DNA of 64,000 nucleotides from Octopus vulgaris (taxonomy: Eukaryota): assembly GCA_951406725.2 (NCBI GenBank), contig OX597827.1:66836001-66900000 (forward strand). The letters are read 5' to 3'. How positions within the stretch are numbered: the first letter of the stretch is position 1; each line of letters begins with the position of its first letter. The position numbers were made by a program, and so were the translations under genes. Under the pieces are notes generated by a model. That model was not told the origin of the DNA. It did not search any database and saw nothing but the letters and a program-made list of their open reading frames with translations. Below, piece by piece: positions 25,603-40,077 of this stretch.

Positions 25603-26402
25603 ATACATACATATACGTATATATATATCATATAACTCTGTGTGTATGTATAGATGTACATACAAGCACACACTCACGCACACAAACATACACACTGATA
25701 TATACATAAATATATATATATATACATATATATATATGTGTGTATATATATCTATATACATGTATATATATATATGTATACATATATATATATACATGTA
25801 TATATATATATATATATATATGCTATCCAAACACTAAAACTCTATAGGAAAGACGACTTCATTTTACTAATTCAGGAATCAATTAACTAATTCAGAAATC
25901 AAAGCATTCTCCTTTGATCTTATGGGTTAGAGATTATTTTTCCTTAAGCCTTTCACTGCTTAATTAAATTTCTTGGTCATTCCTTAATGATGTTAATTAT
26001 CCACTAAAAAAAATACATTTGATACTTTTTCTACTTCAGCAATACTGATTGCAGTATCACCTGTGGGTATGGTTTTCATAAGCAACATTAAAAGTATTTG
26101 ACTCGTCCTCTGTAAAGAGATATTTGATGAAATATATAAATAAAATTAAGAAATTTTGAAAAACTGCTTTGTAAAACGTGTCACTGATGAGGTCTCCGTT
26201 TTTCGCAGCTTAAAACAAGTTTGTTTTGTTTTGCTTGTTGTTTTTTTCCGCAAAGCCTTTGGGTGAAAATCGCTTCCTACATTTAATGCAAAAAGAAAAT
26301 TTAAGTGATTATACACCCGCTTTCGGCGTTCCGGTTATTATTTAGATATTTTAAGAACTTCCTCAGTGAAGGTAGAAATTTTGAGTACGTAGAAATTTCG
26401 AG

Positions 26403-27006
26403 AAGGCAGCGAACTGACAGAAACGTTAACACGCCGGACGAAATGCTTAGCGGTATTTCGTCTGCCGTTACGTTCTGAGTTCAAATTCCGCCGAGGTTGA
26501 CGTTGCTTTTCATCCTTTCGGGGTCGATAAATTAAGTACCAGTTACTCACTGGAGTCGATATAATCGACTTAATCCGTTTGTCTGTCCTTGTTTGTCGCC
26601 TCTGTGTTTAGCCCCTAGTGGGTAGTAAAGACATGGGTATTTCGTCTGCCGTTACGTTCTGAGTTCAAATTCCGCCGAGGTCGACTTTGCCTTTCATCCT
26701 TTCGGGGTCGATAAATTAAGTTCCAGTTACGCACTGGGGTCGATGTAATCCACTTAGACCGTTTGTCTGTCCTTGTTTGTCCTCTCTGTGTTTAGCCCCT
26801 TGTGGGTAGTAAAGAAATAGGTATTTCGTCTGCCGTTACGTTCTGAGTTCAAATTCCCCCACGGTCGACTTTATCTTTTATCCTTTCGAAGTCGATAAAT
26901 TAAGTACCAGTTACGCACTGGGGTCGATGTAATCGACTTAATCCGTTTGTATGTCCTTGTTTGTCGCCTCTGCGTTTAGCCCCTTGTGGGTAGTAAAGAA
27001 ATAGGT
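26403..27006 (+). mobile_element. SINE family A trimer (head plus 3 x 184 bp)
   Basis: Units start ggtatttcgtctgccgttacg at about 26452, 26636 and 26821; flanked by aggtagaaattttgagta (26370-26387 and 27003-27020). Confidence 0.92.
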
Positions 27007-27504
27007 AGAAATTTTGAGTATGTGGGATATTTCGCACAAATATTTGTGTAGAGGTGTTAGGTCTTACAAACCTGATAAAATGAATTTGAACCGTTGTTCT
27101 GAATTTCCTATTTCACTATCCTACGTAAAGTGACAACAACGCAACAAAACTTGTCTTCACTCTTCACTTACTGTAAGTAGAAACTAAATTCCTCATCATT
27201 CAACATCGATTCAGACGACTATTCATGCAAAAGATGCAATTGTTTGCTATCTGCAACTGTATGCTACAGTATAGAATACAGTTCTAGTAAACTGTTAAGT
27301 ATTATTACGAAGGAACTCCGAACATTGGAGAGCTAAACGCGTGTAAATAAAATTGGTGACAAAATTAAATAGCCAGGCAAATTGTGAATCTCTCTCTCTT
27401 TCTCTCTCTCTCTCTACCTCTCTTTCTCTCTCTCACGCTCTCTATCTCTTACTCTGTATAGATTGACAGATAGACAGATATAGAGGTAGAGATAGGGAGA
27501 CAGA

Positions 27505-27560
27505 CATATATGTGCATATATATATATATACATATACATATACATATATATGTATATATG

Positions 27561-27591
<31 letters not shown>

Positions 27592-27593
27592 AA

Positions 27594-27659
<66 letters not shown>

Positions 27660-27731
27660 ATCTCTATCTACCTATACATACGTATATAAGTATATATATA
27701 TATATATATATATATACGTATATATATATAC

Positions 27732-27771
<40 letters not shown>

Positions 27772-27797
27772 ATATCTACCTATACATACGTATATAA

Positions 27798-27843
<46 letters not shown>

Positions 27844-27970
27844 GTATATAAGTATATATGTATATATATATATGTATATATATATACGTATATAAGTATA
27901 TATATATATATATATGTATTTAAATGTATGTATATATATATGCAAATGTATGTATATATATGTATATAGA
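27505..27970. repeat. Interrupted (TA)n array
   Basis: Direct reading. Confidence 0.95.
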
Positions 27971-28590
27971 TAGATACATATATACATACAAACACGCATA
28001 CATAGAAACATACATACATAAACTCACACTGTCCATAGAAATATTCATGCATACATGAGGTGAGATTGTAGCTCTGTATTCTGTTTCAATAACGATTAGT
28101 CCCTGTACGCTTTTCAGTATAGGCAAACATCGTGTGTATTATTATGTACTTGTATTTCAGTGGATATTAAGAGGTCATTCTCTGGATATTTATGTATTGT
28201 TGTAAAATAGAATAGATTGGGCATAATTATATTTCAATTACTGCATATATTAAGAATGCATACACGAATACACACTCAGACAAATATACGTGTGTATGCA
28301 TGTGAATATCTGTGTGTGATCATACATGCATGTACACATACCAGCTCACTTATATATGTAAATGTATACATTTATGTATGAGTACATCTTTATATATACT
28401 CATACGAAAATTATAAGCATAGTCATTAACATAAGCAATTTTAGTTATATATGTGGCTATATATATGTACACAAACACACACACACACACACATGTATCT
28501 ATATGTATATATAATCTATATGTATATATCTCTAACTAACCTATTTATTTATCTCTCTATCTCTATCTCTCTCTACCTCTACTTCTCTCT

Positions 28591-28592
<2 letters not shown>

Positions 28593-28649
<57 letters not shown>

Positions 28650-28690
28650 TAAGTAGATAGAGATTGATAGATAGATAAATATATAGATAC

Positions 28691-28780
<90 letters not shown>

Positions 28781-29058
28781 GGATGGATGGATGGATGGAT
28801 GGATGGATGGATGGATGGATAGGTAGATAGATGGATGGATGGATGGATGGATGGATGGATAGGTAGATAGATGGATGGATGGATGGATGGATGGATAGAT
28901 AGATAGATATATAGATAGATAGATAGATAGATAGATACATAGATAGATATATAGACAGACAGAGATAGATTGATAGGTAAGTAGACAGATAGACAGACAG
29001 ACAAGTAGATAGATAGATAGATAGATAGATAAAGATAGATAGATAGATAGATAGATAT
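28593..29058. repeat. Compound (TA)n/(GATA)n/(GGAT)n/(GACA)n microsatellite
   Basis: Direct reading. Confidence 0.95.
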
Positions 29059-30091
29059 CATAGGGAAAACTATACCAATGAGAATAAGCTATAATGAGCA
29101 TGAATTAGGTAGGATTTGAATAGGAAGGTGAGGAACAGTGACAGAGAAAGAGAGAGAGAGAGAGTGAGAGAGAGAGAGAGAGAAAGAGAGAGTGGAATCT
29201 ATACAATGCTTTATACTATTCTCCCAGACATCTCTCGATAAACACAACTTAAAGAGAAATTGTGAACTCACAGCCAAACACTAGCAAACACATACATACA
29301 TATATTACCTAAATAATTAAAACTAAGTGCCATTCGACAAATATTAAGGGAGATCTTCCATATAATAATCTTCGTGGTGATGTTAAAAGCAATGACAAAG
29401 ATATGTAGACGGAGTCTGAATGTTTATCTTTTACTTCATATTTGATGTTTTATTAATTCTCTGCAAATGTTGACATCTCCATTATACATTCTACAGACGG
29501 AACACCCGGCTTTGTCATTAATATATCTTCGTCTATGTCTTTCCCCCCGCTCTCTTTCATTTCCTCCCGTTGGTATTCTCTCTTGGTTTCCGTATTTGTC
29601 TTTCTTCCCCCCATTATTCTACCGTTCGTTTCCGCTTGAATTTGTAAGTGTTTCATAATCATTATCTACTTTCTGCACTGTGTCCTGAGTGTCTATGAAT
29701 GTGTGCTTGACTTTCTAATTGTGAATTTATTGCAAATTGTGGTATGTCTGAGCGATATAGTCCAATTGGTTATTAGAATATAATTGGCTATGAGCATATG
29801 TACGTGGATGTATGTGTGTATTTGTGTATACGTATATATGCATGTATATAAAGAATAATGCAAACGAAAGACAACTCTCACGATGTTATTTAAATCATGA
29901 TGATATAAATGATTTAAATAATATTTTGAACGTTTGTCATGATTTTTCCTCATTCTTGTTCTCCAAAATATGTCTCGCCTCTGCGAGGAATTGAGCCCCA
30001 CGCAAGTGCTTTTACTAATTCCTAGGACGCATGTGTGACATTTGGCTACCTTGTAACCGTTCTTCTAGATCTTTCTTATATATCGCACATT

Positions 30092-30169
<78 letters not shown>

Positions 30170-30410
30170 CATACATACATATACAAGACTGGGGATGGAG
30201 AACAAAGGTCGGTCATTCCTCTAAAATCTATATAAATATTTATGATTTCTGATGAATTTATAATCTATTTTGAAGAAAGTTTCCCGATACTTAAAATAAG
30301 CCTGATCGTTTTTTTTTTGTTGTTTTCTGTGTATTTGGACTATATATATATATTTACATAGTCTGTGTGTGTGTTGTTAAAGTTATGTATATATATATAT
30401 ATATAGATAA

Positions 30411-30499
<89 letters not shown>

Positions 30500-30500
30500 G

Positions 30501-30563
<63 letters not shown>

Positions 30564-31350
30564 CATTGACATAGATATAGATATATATGTACATGGGTGG
30601 TGAAGTAGAAAGAACTAGGAGAAAAGATTGAGTGCGTTTGCATGTAAGCGTGTATGTGTATCTTTATGCATTGTACTCGAAACTATTCAAGTAAGTTCTT
30701 TTTTTTATCGTTGTTTTTTTTATCGTGTGTGTGTCGTTATCTATATGTGTATTTACATATAAAATATACAGACTCAAACATCGGTTTAGTAGAAAAATAA
30801 TTACAGGACTTAGTACGTGAGGAAAAAAAAGGTGGCAGAATTTTGGAAATAAATCTTTTTGATCCTTCATTATTATTAGAGCTTTCGTTCGTTTCCCGAA
30901 CTTGCCAAATAGAATTTTGTGAATGTAGAAACAGCTTCCAGAAACCCACCAAAAGCATCAAACTCATGATTTTGGTGTGTTTTTGTTTCGAAAAGAACCT
31001 TATATTTTGGGGGTTTTTGAGGTGAGGCTCCATGACAATAGAGAGAGATAGGTAAAACATATGTAGGTAAATAGATTGATAGATAGATACATAAAAAGAT
31101 AGATAGGTTTATAAATATGCTCATATATATATATATAGTAGAAATATGTAACGAAAAGAAAATATAAAATACACGTGGAAATATAAGGGTAAAATATGAA
31201 AAATCAACGAAAATGCACATTGCAAATAAAAAAAGCTATTTGTGGCAGGTAACGACAAATATATACATTTAGATTGACTGAGGTAGTAATACGAGTCATA
31301 AAAGTCATTATTATGAGATGATTATAAGATGATAATAAAGTAAGAGAACA

Positions 31351-31386
31351 AAACGGACCATGGTTACGAGAAGCTATTCATCGTTT
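31351..31386 (-). ncRNA. Decayed hammerhead-like motif with A3-U8 core
   Basis: Minus strand aaacg ATGAATA GCTTCTC GTAAC CATG GTC cgttt: stem I 5 bp, palindromic stem III ACCATGGT, GUC triplet; stem II truncated and GAAA mutated. Confidence 0.4.
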
Positions 31387-31408
31387 GAACAACACCGGTT
31401 GATGTGCG

Positions 31409-31453
<45 letters not shown>

Positions 31454-31601
31454 CATATATATATGCCGATATTTGATCAGAAATTCGTGATGAATGGGTA
31501 GCGACATTTGTTCAGGAAAAAGGGTTTTGTGTACGACATATAGAACTTTATGTGTATGTATGTGTGTATGTGTCTGTCTCTGTGTGTATATATACATAGA
31601 C

Positions 31602-31659
<58 letters not shown>

Positions 31660-32150
31660 AATCAGAAAAGCTATCAGAGACAATAACATGTTGACAGGTA
31701 CAATATATAAACTGACAATTTAATATGCACGTATTCATCGTGCTATGTGCAAGAGAGATGTGGAATTACTGAATTCCAAAGATGCAGAGATTATCAAAGA
31801 GTCACTGAAACTACAATGGAATCTAAACTAGATGATACGCGATAGAGGCAATCAGATAGTGCTATGCACAGTGTCACCTTGCGAGAAGGAGAAATAAACG
31901 CAGATGTAGTGTTGCGGAAGTGATAGACAGATGAGAAGTAAATACTGCGATAAGATCAATCGAAGAATTACATTGAATTAAAATGCTCACCTTGCAATGG
32001 CACCTGCTTCATTACGGTGACATACGATCAGAGCTGATTGTCGTTCGACATGCGTCTATATATGTGTCGAAGTGAAGATAGAGATACCGAACTCAGATAA
32101 CTTCTGAAGAATTAAACAGTCTCTGTACAAACATACAAGGGCGTACATAT

Positions 32151-32205
<55 letters not shown>

Positions 32206-32358
32206 CAAAATAAGCAGCAAGTATATCTTCGGTACTTTGGTACGGTCGTCCCAAGTTACCGAAGATATACTTGTATGGAAGATATACTATACAAAATTCT
32301 GGTGCCTCTGACTTAAGTAGCATATACATTTCAATCTAAATTTTGCTGAACTTATATA

Positions 32359-32413
<55 letters not shown>

Positions 32414-32516
32414 ATGTGTGTATGTGTGTGAGTGTGCTTGCGTGTATCTTGCAGTATATGCGTGTTTGTACATATATCTTTTCACACGCAGTTTTTCACA
32501 CGCATATACGCATATA

Positions 32517-32579
<63 letters not shown>

Positions 32580-33890
32580 ACATGCGTATATACGTGTGCA
32601 AGTGAGCACGTGTATAGACACATAGGGGCATTTGAATACTTAGTAACTTAAACTTGTTTATGTAAATATTACGTAATATGTTAAAGTACATTGATTACCA
32701 AAATGTACAATCAATATTTGTCTATATATACTTACATATAAATGCATACGTACTTACTTCTATACGTGTATATTTCTACAGATACTCGCACTTATGGCCA
32801 CTCAAATTCATCTCCCTTGCAGCTGTTGCATTCTTTTCTCTTAACATCCAGCTATTCCAGACAATGGAAACTGATTTGAAAGTTTTCTATTACACGTTTG
32901 TTTCTCTTTTAGAATCCTTTCGTTGCGTCCATATTTCTGAAGAGGAGCCCATGATCGAAATATGAAGACATTTCAAAAGAATCGTTTTTCATACATTTCA
33001 GCCTCGTGAATATGGTTTTTCCCTGTGTCAGATTGACTTCTGAATCATAAAATAAACCTATGCTGATTTTTAAATAACCATGCGTATTAGGGCAGTTACA
33101 TTTAGGATCACTTTCCCGGATTTCACTCAGGTGTATGTTATAAAATTTAGGCCGTTTTATGTAAATCCAGTCTAATGTAATATTATTTATATACAACTAA
33201 GATAAAATATCATGTCAATGAAAATATTGTAATTATTTCCATATATATCGGAAATAGCTCTAAATATCAAGCTTCTTAGTAAAACAAAAATTTCCGAGAA
33301 TTTTACCAGTTCTCTCCCATACCGACCGAAAGGATTAAAATGACGAGTATACTTGAGATTACTTAATATTTTGTTCAGACGGTTGTTCTTCCAAAATAGC
33401 TTACATTTTACTGCATTGACATTGTTAAAGTGAAGCTAATTTCCCCCCACATGATTCATATGAAGTTCGAGCTTATTTGTCGTATGTATATATACTTATA
33501 TACAAATAAACTCTAGCCTGAGGCTCTACATCTTATAGCAAAAACTAGCTGTCAGCTAATGATATTCATTACATACTTTTTTCGTTTTGTTATTTTAATT
33601 ACTTATCACCCTGTAGTCGATTACTGAAGAAAATATATACTAAGTTCTAACACCAGGTTGTTACCACTTCGACTAATTCATAACACATAACTAGATTATT
33701 GGCATCGCTAAGCCTAAGCGAAAAAAAAATATACAAATAAATCATATATATATATATATATATATACATGCACACACATTTCTAGATATACACACACACG
33801 CGCACACTAACACACACAAATATTCACACTCATATACATACAACAAACACACACACACACACACAAATTTACATCCTTACGGCTCTCTCC

Positions 33891-34108
33891 TTTACTATTT
33901 TACTCTTTTATTTGTTTCAGCCATTTGACTGTGGCCATGCGGGAGCACAGCCTTTAGTCGATCAGAATTTATTCTTTGTTAGCCTACTACTTATTATATC
34001 GGTCTCTTTTCCCGAACCGCTAAGTTGCGGAGACATAAACACACCAGCATCGGTTGTCAAGCGACGTTGGGGGGACAAACACAGACACACAAACATACAC
34101 ACACATAC

Positions 34109-34182
<74 letters not shown>

Positions 34183-34343
34183 TACGACGGGTTTCTTCCA
34201 GTTTCCGACTACCAAATCCACTAAAAAGGCTTTGGTCGGCCCGAGGATATGGTAGAACACACTTGCCCAAGGTGTCACGCAGTGGTACTGAACCCGGAAC
34301 CATGTGGTTCGTAAGCAAGCTACTTACCACAAAGACACTCCTC
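33891..34343 (-). mobile_element. SINE family B
   Basis: Reverse complement of family B, moderately diverged. Confidence 0.88.
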
Positions 34344-34727
34344 CTTTTTGTACTGGGATCAAATTTATCAACTAATCCCAACCCTAAATTTCTGGCCTTT
34401 GCAATGTAAGAATAGATTATAACTGTTCGGCAAGAATAGTGGTTCGGCAGACTTGGCACTGTCTCCAGATTGTAATTACCTAGGGCAGAGACAAGGGACA
34501 AGGACAAAGCTAAGAGTCCTTGCAACGAGTAAAAACTAGAGACAGCTATGAAAAAAAATTCTGATACATCGCTATAAATGATATGAAAAAGATAGAACCA
34601 AAATGTACTGGAAATTCATGGCCCCCTTCCCAAAGTCAGTTCTGCTATAGGTACAAGGCCTGAAACCTTGCGGGACAGGGTAAATAGATTATACTGATGT
34701 TAGTAATTATTATATCGACCCAAAATA

Positions 34728-35294
34728 TTGGGATGTCGGAATACTCATGCCGATTTATTGTAGCTTACGTTTCGACTTAGTTTAGAACATGGTTCGAGTC
34801 CATAATATAGGATTTGACTACTCCTCCATTTAGAACACAGTTTAAGCTATCTTTTCGTGGAAGAGGATTTATGTTCCTATAACCTGTATTAATTATGTAA
34901 CCCTTTAAAATGGAAGATAAGAAAGTTCATTTTCGGCACTTGATGCTTTGGGAGTCAGACAAAAATTGCTGCAGCTCGGATGGGATGTGTTACCCCACCC
35001 TCCATATTCATCGGATATTATTCCTTCGGATTTCCACTTATTCAGGTCTCTGCAAAATAGTTTTAATATTAAAAATTTCAAATCCTTGGATGACGTAGAA
35101 AGATACCTTGATGAATTCTTTGCCCTGAAACCACCTCAATTCTGGGAAGTGGGTATTTTCAAGTTAAAGGAAAGATGGAGACGCATTGTACAACAAGATG
35201 TTTTTATATTTGGATGATTAAAAATGTAATGGCAAGTATTTATTGACATTTTTCTTTACTTTAAAAATTGGCACGAACTTTCCAGACAACCGAA
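34728..35294 (+). mobile_element. Internally deleted mariner (Tc1/mariner) element
   Basis: Imperfect TIRs ttgggatgtcggaatactcatgccgattt / aaattggcacgaactttccagacaaccgaa flanked by TA; N-terminus MEDKKVHFRHLMLWE abutting C-terminal LGWDVLPHPPYSSDIIPSDFHLFRSLQN (YSPDLAPSD motif). Confidence 0.9.
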
Positions 35295-36160
35295 TAGTAG
35301 CAGGTTAAGTCGACTTTGGCGGAATTCGAACTCAAGAAGTTAATGTCGTAGAAATTCCAGTTAGCATTATGAACTGTGCGCTAACGATTTTGCCATCTGA
35401 CCGGCTTAAACGATAGATAACAAAATAAGAACATCCTGGAAAATGCACAACTCGTTAATACTCGTGTAAATATCACTGCAATTCTGAGGGTGACCAACCA
35501 TTTGAAGGCTATTTGGATTTTGAGGATGAATGCCAAATTTGGACAATTAATAGAAATAAATATGATCGCGTGTTCGGTGACGATAACGAAACAATTACGC
35601 TACAAAATGTACGAACAGAATCTAGAGTCTTTTGTCGTGAAAAATAACGTATTCAAGACATTGATGGGGGAAGTAAAGAGCAACGCTGAATTGAAATAGC
35701 CTTTCAAAGTATGATAATGTATAGAATATAGAAGATGGAGGAAACGAAAAGACACCATCTGTGTGCAACATCAAAGAAGTGAGACAAACCAAGGAAGTTA
35801 GAAATTGGCAGGGTTGCTTTCTGGAACTGGATCTATTAATGAGAATGAGGGGAAGTAGTGGGGGGGGGATGGAAAGCAATTTTAGCTGCGAAGGTAATAA
35901 AAGCAGTGAGAAATTGGAAGACAAGTCCGCTGCAGGAGAGAGGAATGAAATAGTGAGAAAGAAAGGATAAACAGGGACGTGCGAAAAATGTGAAGGACAG
36001 AGGTTTCTTTTTTCAAGGAGCGGAAACAGGTGTTTGTTGAAAAAAGAAAAGCTTGAGCTGCATCAGAACAGTTAACATGGAAAAATATCTCTCTATATGA
36101 CGAAACACAAAAGTATAGGGAAAGGTGTAAACAAAACATAAATATTAAAGCACACATACA

Positions 36161-36204
<44 letters not shown>

Positions 36205-36208
36205 ATAT

Positions 36209-36239
<31 letters not shown>

Positions 36240-36279
36240 GGGAGACATAGATAGATAGATAGATAATTACATATATACA

Positions 36280-36330
<51 letters not shown>

Positions 36331-36394
36331 ATATAGATGCATATATATATATATATAGTGAGTTATATATATTTATATATATACATATATATAT

Positions 36395-36519
36395 ATATGC
36401 AAATACAACATCCGTAATTAAAGGCTCTGTTATGATTTGAGTAAAATTCAGCTGCTGGTTCTAGTAAACAGTGTCATCATTAGAACAACCACCTAGCTAT
36501 TCATCTTGATGGGAATATA
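36395..36519 (+). repeat. 125-bp direct repeat (second copy 37721-37845)
   Basis: atatgcaaatacaac...cttgatgggaatata present twice with few differences. Confidence 0.9.
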
Positions 36520-37159
36520 TACATGCATAGACACAGCCTCGTGTGGTATAATTGTTACTGACAAATATCTTTGCCAAAATGCTCTCATTAGCACAGTGTG
36601 TTACTGCTAGTAATATATAGCACAGTATATATTACAATACAATATAAAATAATAATAATATATATCTTTATTGTGCACCAGTATACAAGTTAGGATGGGA
36701 GCAATTATGCAGTTTTGGAATAAATTTCTGTATGTTCCTGCTGGGATGATAAAATAAGTATTAGCATGTAACTGCGTGGATATCAATTAGCTGGAATTCT
36801 TGCTTTCGTAATAGTGGCATCAGATGTAATAATACCATTGTTATTCCTTTTATAAGAAACAACAGAACAGGAAGACGGTATTCTTTTTTTCAAGAGAAAA
36901 TATTATAGAAAGAACAATAATGACAAGAAATTTAGTATTCGGCAATATTTAGATGGTTTGCACGTTGGCCGTGTTCAAATACTGGATTGGTATTTGACTT
37001 GTGTTTTGTCTTTACAAAATTTCTACCGGGAATTCCAGACGTTATTATTGCTGTTTAGCTGTAGGCTATTGCTGTCTGCCTAAGCGTTTTATGAAAAAAC
37101 AAAAACAAAACAAAAAACATCACTTTGTGAGGATCTCACCGAAAAATATATTGTGTTCT

Positions 37160-37387
37160 ATACTCTTTACTCTTTTACTCTTTTACTTGTTTCAGTCATT
37201 TGACTGTAGCCATGCCTTTAGTCGAGCAAATCAACCCCAGGACTTATTCTTTGTAAGCCTAGTACTTATTCTATCGGTCACTTTTGCAGAACCACTAAGT
37301 TACGGGGACGTAAACACACCAGCATCGGTTGTCAAGCGATGTTGGGGGTCAAACACAGACACACAAACATATACATTTATACATATG

Positions 37388-37440
<53 letters not shown>

Positions 37441-37607
37441 GTACGACGGGCTTCTTTCAGTTTCCGTCTACCAAATCCACTCACAAGGCTTTGGTCGGCC
37501 CGAGTCTATAGTAGAAGACACTTGCTCAAGGTACCACTCAGTAGGACTGAACCCGGAACCATGTGGTTGGTAAGCAAACTCCTTACTACAAAGCCACACC
37601 TACGCCT
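37160..37607 (-). mobile_element. SINE family B
   Basis: Reverse complement of family B. Confidence 0.9.
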
Positions 37608-38284
37608 ATGTTCATGTTTGTAAAGTATGATTTGAGGGATGTTTTCGTTGTTCATAGCCATTGTTTCCGTGACTTCGACAGGCTCCTCTCCTAAATATGC
37701 ATCAAATTTTAAATAATCACATATGCAAATACAACTTCCGAAATTAAAGGCTCTGTTATGATTTGAGTAAAATTCAGCAGCTTGTTCTAGTAAACAGTGT
37801 CATCATTAGAACAACCACCTAGCTATTCATCTTGATGGGAATATAAACTAAACTTCCTTCGAACACTGCCTACGTTCTGGGTTCGGTACACATGCGAAAT
37901 AAATGTGATGGTTACGGTTGGAATATATATGATCGCAGACCTGCTCGATTAAGCTTCATACGAGGTATAAAATGTATATATAAAAAACGATGCTGGTTTT
38001 CAATTTCTCTTTTGGCTTGACTACCAAGATTGCAATACCATTTTTGAAAAGCTTATGTTAAAAAAAATTGTCCTATACGGACGCAAAATATGATATCGTT
38101 TACTCATTTACAGATCATTAATCAGGCGCTGAACTTTTCATTTTCCCATTATATTATCGATGCATCATTACTATCTTCGCTTTAACTGCTACAAATTAAA
38201 ATCATTCTCCCTGAAATTATAGATTATGGTGTCACTAGAAAAAAAAGTAGTAAACGGAACGATTATTTGTAACGGTACTACGTC

Positions 38285-38337
<53 letters not shown>

Positions 38338-39184
38338 TACATATACAATAAGGGTAGTTACGAGAAATAAAACTACACGTTGCAAATGGACACTAAATGT
38401 CATAAGCAACTTTATCACACGCGCTGAAAACCAGAAAATGAACGAAAAAAATTCTTAATGAAAGAAAAAAAATAATATTTTCAAAACATAATAATTTGAG
38501 CCATGAACTCCCTATAAAAATAGGATAATCTTTAAAAATTAGTCCGAAGCAGGACAGCTGCGACATAAGCCACGTGTTTCTATTTCAACTTTTTGAACAT
38601 CAGTGTAAACTGTGAAACCGGTTGAAACATTGAATATATTAATACAAAATATTTTTAACTTTCATCAGTGCATTTTCATCTGTTTTACCTGTATGTATGT
38701 ATGTATGTATGTATTCATTTATATATATTTATATATAATTATGAGTGTGTGTGTGTGCACGTATGCACATTTAAAGATGAATGAATGCATGTATACATGC
38801 ACGTATACAAAATACGTATATAGATTTGATATAGGTACATAGATACATAACTAAATGGACTCATGCATATATACAAGCATAGAGATAATATGTATTCGGT
38901 ATGTAAGAGAAGCTTGCATTCTAAAAGAAACTCTATGTAGCGGGTGGGGGTATGTGTATAGTGGTGTGGATTAGAGAAAACTAGTTCAAATTGTAATTTT
39001 AAAAAAATACATGCAATGCCATACAAGTGCACGTCGTGGAGACGAGAATGCTGCGTTTAAAAATACATATCTACACACACAAACACACACACACACACAT
39101 CTGTACTTACTTATATATGTTTCTTTTGACATTTATATGCAAACACACGTATATAGAGATATTTCTGCCCATATATTTATATAT

Positions 39185-39216
<32 letters not shown>

Positions 39217-39346
39217 TTGTGTGTGTGTGTGTGTGTTTGTGTGTGTGTATACCCATATATGTATATATGTATCGGGTATTTATTTGTCCGTTTACTTATC
39301 TAACTACATATATATATATATATTATATATATATATATATATATCT

Positions 39347-39405
<59 letters not shown>

Positions 39406-39407
39406 AT

Positions 39408-39450
<43 letters not shown>

Positions 39451-39451
39451 T

Positions 39452-39522
<71 letters not shown>

Positions 39523-40077
39523 ATATGTTGGTATATATATGTTAATGTGTGTGCTTGTTTGTGACTATGTCTGAGCGTGAGCAATGGAAAGAGAGAGATA
39601 CAGTCAAACAGAGGAAGATTTCTCCTGAATTTTTGTGTATGTCTGGAGATATGTAAACGTGTAAACGTATATATGAACGTCTTCATTCTAATCACAGTAC
39701 GATGTTATGTGTTCTGAAAGAGATTTTTGTCTCCAGCAAATCGTGATCTTCTGCCGAAACGACAACTGAATCTAAAGTTTCTTAGTCAACAATTGTAGAC
39801 ATAATACCATTAATTAAAAGTTCCTTCACCGACAACGTTTATAGTTCTGGCTTTAGAAATGTCATTACAGCGGTAATTAGCAATTAATTCTTAGTGCCTA
39901 ATGAATAATAAGAAGAACCCCACCAGGAAAATAAAAAGATGTAATTTCCAACGCGCCACTAAGGAATATGTGAAGATATGAGTCTTGAGAATGATAAATG
40001 TGATGCATTCGTGTGTCTGTGTTATATAATATATATATTTATATAAATTTACATATTTATTTGCGTATATATATATA

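Noticed and set aside
26184-26225. CTGATGAG as a hammerhead core
   Set aside because: No paired stem II followed by GAAA and no stem I.
26452-27006. CRISPR-like or satellite array
   Set aside because: No unique spacers; the units are SINE bodies in eukaryotic DNA.
35490-36130. Purine-rich ORF fragments as a host gene
   Set aside because: Several stops and no recognisable motif; possibly old TE coding sequence but unsupported.
38575-38630. GAAACCGGTT as the 3' half of a hammerhead
   Set aside because: The upstream core reads ctttttga and the stems are poor; it cannot be distinguished from chance.
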